This document shows positions 58,952-64,000 of a stretch of 64,000 bases of DNA, in pieces. This DNA is from Promethearchaeota archaeon. GTDB lineage: Archaea; Asgardarchaeota; Lokiarchaeia; Sigyniarchaeales; SOKP01. A program made the position numbers and the translations under genes. The DNA is taken from NCBI GenBank assembly GCA_048939015.1, contig JBHLPW010000008.1:18497-82496 (forward strand). The letters are read 5' to 3'. Every line of letters starts with the position of its first letter. The stretch's first letter is position 1. The notes under the pieces are model-generated. The model was given only the letters and a program-made list of their open reading frames with translations, was not told the DNA's origin and did no database searches.

Positions 58952-59270
58952 TGGTAATATAGAAATGATGATTGTATACCATACGTTAGCCTAAGTTCTG
59001 TCTATTCTTTCCTAGCTATACCAATATATGAGGAACTGCACCGATGAGAGAGTATAATAATCCATATGATAAGATAAAGTAAATTTCTAAATGAATTTAA
59101 TCCTGTATAAAATAAATATATCAATTTCAAAAAAGAATATAAAAAAAAAGGGTGAATATTTATCTAATAGTAGCCAATTAATTGTAAATTTTGAAATTCA
59201 ATTGATGTTCATTCTCAACAGTAACAGTTCTTATTACCGAGTTAAATTTCACTTCTCACTTACTATCTAT

Positions 59271-60194
59271 TCATAAATTCGGAACTGTAAGTCCCCCATT
59301 GAAGGCTTTCTTTAATTTTTTAATATCAAATTTTTTCATTGGTAAGAAGGCTTGCGTCAACCGATCAATTTGTTGACGAGTCCCAATTTCCATCATTTCA
59401 TCCATAATAGTTGGGAAGACCTGCCAAGAAACATTAAATTTATCTTTTAACCATCCACACTGTTCAGCTTCGGGTACTGCAGACAACTTATCCCAATAAT
59501 AATCAATCTCTTCTTGATTTTTACAGGGTATAAGGAGTGAGATCGCCTCGTTAAAGCTAAAATCGTGCCTACGAGCGCTATCCATTACAGCTATCCAATT
59601 ACCTTCAATCATAATGTCTGCGAACATTATTGTTCCCTCTTTATCAGGCTCCATACCTTTTGTATAGCGTGAAATTTGCCCTATCTTTGAATCCTTAAAA
59701 ACAGAAAGATAAAAGTTGATTGCTTCTTCTGCCTTTCCGCTCATTTCGCCTACAAACATGAGCGAGGGAACGATGAATGATCTGTCTTCTCCTTCAGGAT
59801 CGGAAAGGATGAGTTGCCAAGATACTCCAAATTTGTCTTCTATCCACCCATACCTCTCACTGAAAGGATATTTATCAAGTGCCATTAAGATTTTTCCACC
59901 TTTTTTAAATTCATTCCACATGGTATATAAACTCTCTTTAGCATTTTTGTCTCTAGAGGGATCAAAATTTAGGATAAATGAAATAGACGGATTAATCTTA
60001 AACACTGGTCCACCATTGATGGCCATAAATGGATGTCCAGAAAGCTCAAAGGAGACAATATCAGCATCTCCAGAGGGTGTATCATGAAGTGTAGTAATAT
60101 TTGTTATTTTTGAGTTAGGGAATACAGATATATAAAATTCTGCTGCTTCTTTTGCTTCTTTATCAAACCATAGATGTGGCGATATTTTTTTCAT
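59271..60194 (-). CDS. VOC family protein (PhnB/3-demethylubiquinone-9 3-methyltransferase-like, tandem domains)
   Basis: PHLWFD.EA.EAA.FY, YGWIEDKFGVSWQ, CGWLKDKFNVSWQ. Confidence 0.92.
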   Translation of the reverse strand: MKKISPHLWFDKEAKEAAEFYISVFPNSKITNITTLHDTPSGDADIVSFELSGHPFMAINGGPVFKINPSISFILNFDPSRDKNAKESLYTMWNEFKKGGKILMALDKYPFSERYGWIEDKFGVSWQLILSDPEGEDRSFIVPSLMFVGEMSGKAEEAINFYLSVFKDSKIGQISRYTKGMEPDKEGTIMFADIMIEGNWIAVMDSARRHDFSFNEAISLLIPCKNQEEIDYYWDKLSAVPEAEQCGWLKDKFNVSWQVFPTIMDEMMEIGTRQQIDRLTQAFLPMKKFDIKKLKKAFNGGLTVPNL

Positions 60195-60371
60195 TAAAAT
60201 TCCTCCTACTTCAATTATCTAATTAATTTAAAAATGGTATTTTAATCTATTCTTAATAATTGTTAATCAATTTTCAAAGGAGAGGTATATAAATTTTGTT
60301 TAATTTGACTTTTTTTTATAGAATAAAAAATTGAAAAGTTTACTTTGAAAAAAATTTCCGAGGATTTATAT

Positions 60372-60911
60372 TCAAGTAAAATCTGTGATTTTTTTACGCC
60401 CATTTGCTGATTCAAGTTGCAGCAACTTTCTCTTTATTTTGATTCCCCCACCATATCCTGTTAATGAGCCATTAGAACCGATTATCCTGTGACAGGGAAT
60501 CATTATGGCAATAGAGTTTTGTCCATTTGCATTAGCAACTGCTCGTACTGCCGTAGGTCTTCCAAGTCTTTTAGCAATTTCTAGATATGAAGCGGTCTTT
60601 CCAAATTTTATTTGTAATAATTCATTCCAGACTTTTACTTGAAATGGACTACCACGAATATCTAAAGGGACTGTGAAAACCTTTAAATTTCCATGTAAAT
60701 ACTTTTCTAGTTCATTTTCAGCTAATTCTATAAATTGAGATGTTCCATAGGTTACTGAGTCTCCATAGTATTTATTCATTCGTTTAAGGATACGTGGAAA
60801 ACTTTTTCTATATTTAAAATCGAGTAAACATAATCCTTTTTCAGAGGATCCAAATACCATGACCCCAATCGGGGTTTTTAGTTCTTTAAAGATTAGATTT
60901 CCTTTTTTCAA
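60372..60911 (-). CDS. ogt: Methylated-DNA--protein-cysteine methyltransferase
   Basis: FQ..VW..L..I.FG.T.SY, AVRAVA.ANG.N, IPCHRII, GYGGG. Confidence 0.93.
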   Translation of the reverse strand: MKKGNLIFKELKTPIGVMVFGSSEKGLCLLDFKYRKSFPRILKRMNKYYGDSVTYGTSQFIELAENELEKYLHGNLKVFTVPLDIRGSPFQVKVWNELLQIKFGKTASYLEIAKRLGRPTAVRAVANANGQNSIAIMIPCHRIIGSNGSLTGYGGGIKIKRKLLQLESANGRKKITDFT

Positions 60912-61058
60912 ACTAAATGTCTCTATGTTGTTTCTTAAATGCTATTATGTTTAACAATAAAATAAATTTTCTGATTATCATACTATTAAAAAAGATTACT
61001 TGACAATCTTCAAATTTTATAAGAAAAATAAAAAAAAGAAAAAGTTTAGACTTTTTCC

Positions 61059-61298
61059 TTAGGAAACTTTCGTTATCGCAAAAAAGGTATATTCTTCTCC
61101 ACTATGAATGTCTTTTGATAAATAATTTGGATTATATTGGTATAATTTAATAGTAAGTGAATCCCCCTGGGTAAAATTATTAATATCTGATAGAGAGACG
61201 CCAAGAACATTAGAATATGCACTCGAAGTACAAGCCCCGCAACAGATTTCGATATCATTTTGTAATTTAGTATTACTATTATTTTTTATGGAATTTGG
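61059..61298 (-). pseudogene. Start-less ~79-codon fragment resembling the C-terminal half of a C1q/TNF-like beta-sandwich
   Basis: ...NVLGVSLSDINNFTQGDSLTIKLYQYN...EEYTFFAITKVS*; bounded upstream by TAG; no ATG/GTG/TTG in frame. Confidence 0.45.
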
Positions 61299-61408
61299 CT
61301 AAACAAGTCTAGGAAAAATCTACCTTTATGTCTATAATTGATGAATATCGTTATAAAAGATAAAGGCATATCTTCATATTAAAGTAATATTTCTAAATTA
61401 ACTAAAAA

Positions 61409-63979
61409 GTGTATATAATGCGAAGAATTAGAACTTTCTTGATTATATTTTATATCTTTTCTATCTTAATCATACCTGGTTTTATAGTAACAAGTACTTT
61501 TAACAATCCTAGTACATTCTTTACCAAAAATTTTTCTCAAAATCAAAAGATTCACAATGGTATTTATAACGCGTACGATGTATGTGTAAGTGGAGATTAC
61601 ATTTATGTAGCGAATGCTAATACAGGTCTAGTAATAATAAACATCTCAGACCCAAAGAATCCAAAAAGTCTAATTTCTAAAGCTACAACAGGAGTTGCAC
61701 TTGGAGTTGAAGTTAGTGGTAATTATGCTTTTGTTGCAACAGGGAATACTGGTTTAGCAATCATCGATATTTCCGACCCCTTAAATCCAGGTGATCCTGA
61801 ATACTCAGACACGAATGATTATTCTCAACGACTGTTTATAAGTGGAGACTATGCTTATTTAGCAGATGAACTTTCAGGTTTAGCGGTGATTGACATTTCC
61901 GATCCAACAAATCCAGGAATACCCGTCTATGAAAATACAACTGATAGAGCTCGTGATGTATATGTTAGTGGAGATTATGCTTATGTAGCTGCTGGTGACT
62001 CTGGTTTAGCAGTGATTGATATTTCTGATCCGACCAATCCAGAATTAATCACTTATGAAGACACTATAGGAGAAGCTAGAAGCGTATATGTAAGTGGAGA
62101 TTTCGCATATTTGGCAATCGGCGCTGAAGGCTTAGCCATTATTAATATTACTGATCCTACTAATCCTGGAACCCCTGTTTATAGATACTTAACTGAATGG
62201 GCAAATGATATTGAAATTTATGGAGATCATGCTTATATAGCAGATGGGGATGCCGGGTTAGCAATTGTGGATATTACTGACCCAAATAATCCCGGAATGC
62301 CTTCTTACAAAGACACAGAAGGTAGTGCATGGGGAATTTGCATTGATGGGAATTATGCTTACATTGCAGATCGGCTTTCTGGTTTAGCGGTTATCGAGAT
62401 ATCTGTACCTATAAATCCAAAACCCCCTATTTACCGAGATACCTCTAATTGGGCTGTCGATATTGATGTTGATGGTGATTATGCTTATCTTTCCACGAGT
62501 AGCTTGGGTTTGATGGTAGTTAATATTTCAAATCCAAAAAATCCGGGAATACCTGTCTATAATGTTACCACGGGTGCTGGTTGGGGCATTCATATCGAAG
62601 GAGATTACGCTTATATTGCTGATGGATATTCAGGATTAGCAGTTATTGATATATCTGATCCCAAACATCCTGGTCCAGCATATTATAGTCCTACATCAGG
62701 AAATGCACGCGCAGTTGATATAAGTGGAGACTGTGCTTATATGGCAGTTGGGGATTTTGGCATGGCAATTTTAAATATTTCTGATCCCACTAATCCAGAA
62801 GTCATTACTTATGAAGACACTGATGGATACGCACGGGGTATCTATGTTGATGGAAATTACGCCTTTATTGCTGATGAAAGTTATGGTTTAGCCATAATTG
62901 ACATTTCTGATCCATCTAATCCCGGATTACCAGTATATGCAGATACAGATGGAACTTCCCGAAGTGTATTTGTGAGTGGAGATTTTGCCTATGTAGCTGA
63001 TGATCCTACGGGTTTAGCGGTTGTCAATATTTCTGATCCAACCAATCCAGAAACACTTGTGTATGAAGATACATTAGGAAATGCTAGGGATATTTATGTA
63101 AGCGGTGATTATGCTTTTATTGCAGATCAAAACAATGGGTTAGCGGTAATTGATATTTCTGATCCTTTAAATCCTGGAACACCTATTTATAAAGATACGA
63201 CGGGAGTTTCTTATGGAATATGCGTGGAAGGAGATTTTGCATATATTGCTGATTATGCTTCTGGTCTAGCCGTCATCCAGGTTCGAAAAAGGGTGGATTA
63301 TGCAGAACCTGTAATTTTGGACTCTCCTACTGATTTGACTGTTGAATATGGATACACAGGACAAACATTATCTTGGACTGCAGAAGATATTAATGCAAGC
63401 ACTTACACTATTGAGCTAGTCGGAACAGGTTTCGTTGTAAACTCTACAGCATGGTATAACAATACTCCAATGGTACATAATATCCCTGATGGATTTACTC
63501 CTGGATCCTATACCTATATAATCAACATAACGGATGTCTCCGGTAATTATATTACAGATAGTGTTATCTTTGAAGTCGAAGATATAACTGATCCAATCAT
63601 CACCTTTAGTTCAAACGACATATCGATTCAAGTTGGATACAGCAATATAAACCTTTCATGGATCGCGACAGACTTATTTCCAGATACCTATACAATTGAG
63701 TTAGTAGGATCTGGGATTGTAGTAGGACCCCTATCATGGACAGATGGCAGCCTCATCTCTTATTACATCCCTACTGATCTCGAATCTGGTGTCTACGAAT
63801 TTATTATTACCGTAACCGATGAAAGTGGGAACTCTGCGACTAGCACGGTGATAGTAACAATTACAGGTACATCAGGAGGAACGATCCCGTTTGGAAATCT
63901 TTTTGTCTTCTTCACGATTTTAAGCATTATTAGCTTGATTGTCTTGAGAAGAAAAAAGATTAAGTGTTCGGATCAATGA
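61409..63979 (+). CDS. LVIVD-repeat beta-propeller surface protein with two Ig-like domains and an IPFG-TM tail
   Basis: About 14 repeats of ~43 aa (VSGDYAY.A....GLA.IDISDP.NP); two .LSW.A.D....YTIELVG repeats; IPFGN-TM-RRKK. Confidence 0.9.
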   Translation: MYIMRRIRTFLIIFYIFSILIIPGFIVTSTFNNPSTFFTKNFSQNQKIHNGIYNAYDVCVSGDYIYVANANTGLVIINISDPKNPKSLISKATTGVALGVEVSGNYAFVATGNTGLAIIDISDPLNPGDPEYSDTNDYSQRLFISGDYAYLADELSGLAVIDISDPTNPGIPVYENTTDRARDVYVSGDYAYVAAGDSGLAVIDISDPTNPELITYEDTIGEARSVYVSGDFAYLAIGAEGLAIINITDPTNPGTPVYRYLTEWANDIEIYGDHAYIADGDAGLAIVDITDPNNPGMPSYKDTEGSAWGICIDGNYAYIADRLSGLAVIEISVPINPKPPIYRDTSNWAVDIDVDGDYAYLSTSSLGLMVVNISNPKNPGIPVYNVTTGAGWGIHIEGDYAYIADGYSGLAVIDISDPKHPGPAYYSPTSGNARAVDISGDCAYMAVGDFGMAILNISDPTNPEVITYEDTDGYARGIYVDGNYAFIADESYGLAIIDISDPSNPGLPVYADTDGTSRSVFVSGDFAYVADDPTGLAVVNISDPTNPETLVYEDTLGNARDIYVSGDYAFIADQNNGLAVIDISDPLNPGTPIYKDTTGVSYGICVEGDFAYIADYASGLAVIQVRKRVDYAEPVILDSPTDLTVEYGYTGQTLSWTAEDINASTYTIELVGTGFVVNSTAWYNNTPMVHNIPDGFTPGSYTYIINITDVSGNYITDSVIFEVEDITDPIITFSSNDISIQVGYSNINLSWIATDLFPDTYTIELVGSGIVVGPLSWTDGSLISYYIPTDLESGVYEFIITVTDESGNSATSTVIVTITGTSGGTIPFGNLFVFFTILSIISLIVLRRKKIKCSDQ

Positions 63980-64000
63980 TATCTTAGATATTTATAATCA

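Noticed and set aside
59091-59276. 61-aa ORF in an AT-rich intergenic region
   Set aside because: Low-complexity I/K/N/S composition and no RBS; probably spurious
2430-60087. Numerous 60-237 aa antisense or overlapping ORFs in the track (e.g. 2430-2729, 9832-10134, 10901-11242, 19471-19866, 19921-20634, 33512-33820, 39641-40033, 53724-53981, 59716-60087)
   Set aside because: They are shadows of well-supported genes on the other strand or frame, with no motifs or RBS
61073-61258. 61-aa ORF MISKSVAGLV...
   Set aside because: No recognisable features; the overlapping frame 61059-61298 looks more protein-like
61560-63290. Regularly spaced ~129-bp DNA repeats (e.g. GATATTTCTGATCC) as a possible CRISPR array
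   Set aside because: The repeats are degenerate at third codon positions and lie in frame within the LVIVD protein; no cas genes are present
1-64000. tRNA/rRNA genes, IS elements, integrases, prophage or defence systems
   Set aside because: No GC-rich structured RNA segment and no transposase, integrase, capsid or nuclease motifs were seen by eye; tRNAscan-SE and Infernal would be needed to exclude small RNAs

Overview
AT-rich (roughly 30% GC by eye) archaeal chromosomal region. It is most consistent with an Asgard archaeon of the Lokiarchaeia type: there is a TFIIB paralogue, an Arf-like small GTPase domain, LRR proteins, several surface proteins ending in IPG[FY]/IPFG-TM-basic sorting tails, and a compact orphan chemoreceptor. 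The window holds about 55 CDSs, mostly stand-alone redox enzymes, hydrolases, methyltransferases, regulators and surface proteins. I saw no rRNA, tRNA, CRISPR array or intact mobile element. The standout is a 1130-aa protein (43650-47042) with the layout longin/uDENN-like, Arf-like GTPase, longin/uDENN-like, PAS, PAS, GAF, and a catalytically dead histidine-kinase core. This joins a prokaryotic sensor chassis to a eukaryote-type GTPase switch. Other notable signals are: (1) a twice-occurring winged-helix + 4-TM membrane protein module with a shared upstream DNA motif; (2) repeated evidence for ATT/ATA start codons, including in TFIIB; (3) a wHTH/degenerate-methyltransferase fusion next to an orphan MCP and receiver; (4) a double-SWIM nucleic-acid-binding protein; (5) a cytoplasmic reductive-dehalogenase-like gene among flavodoxins; and (6) several unannotated small ORFs and gene remnants. 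All family calls come from motif recognition by eye; no searches were run.
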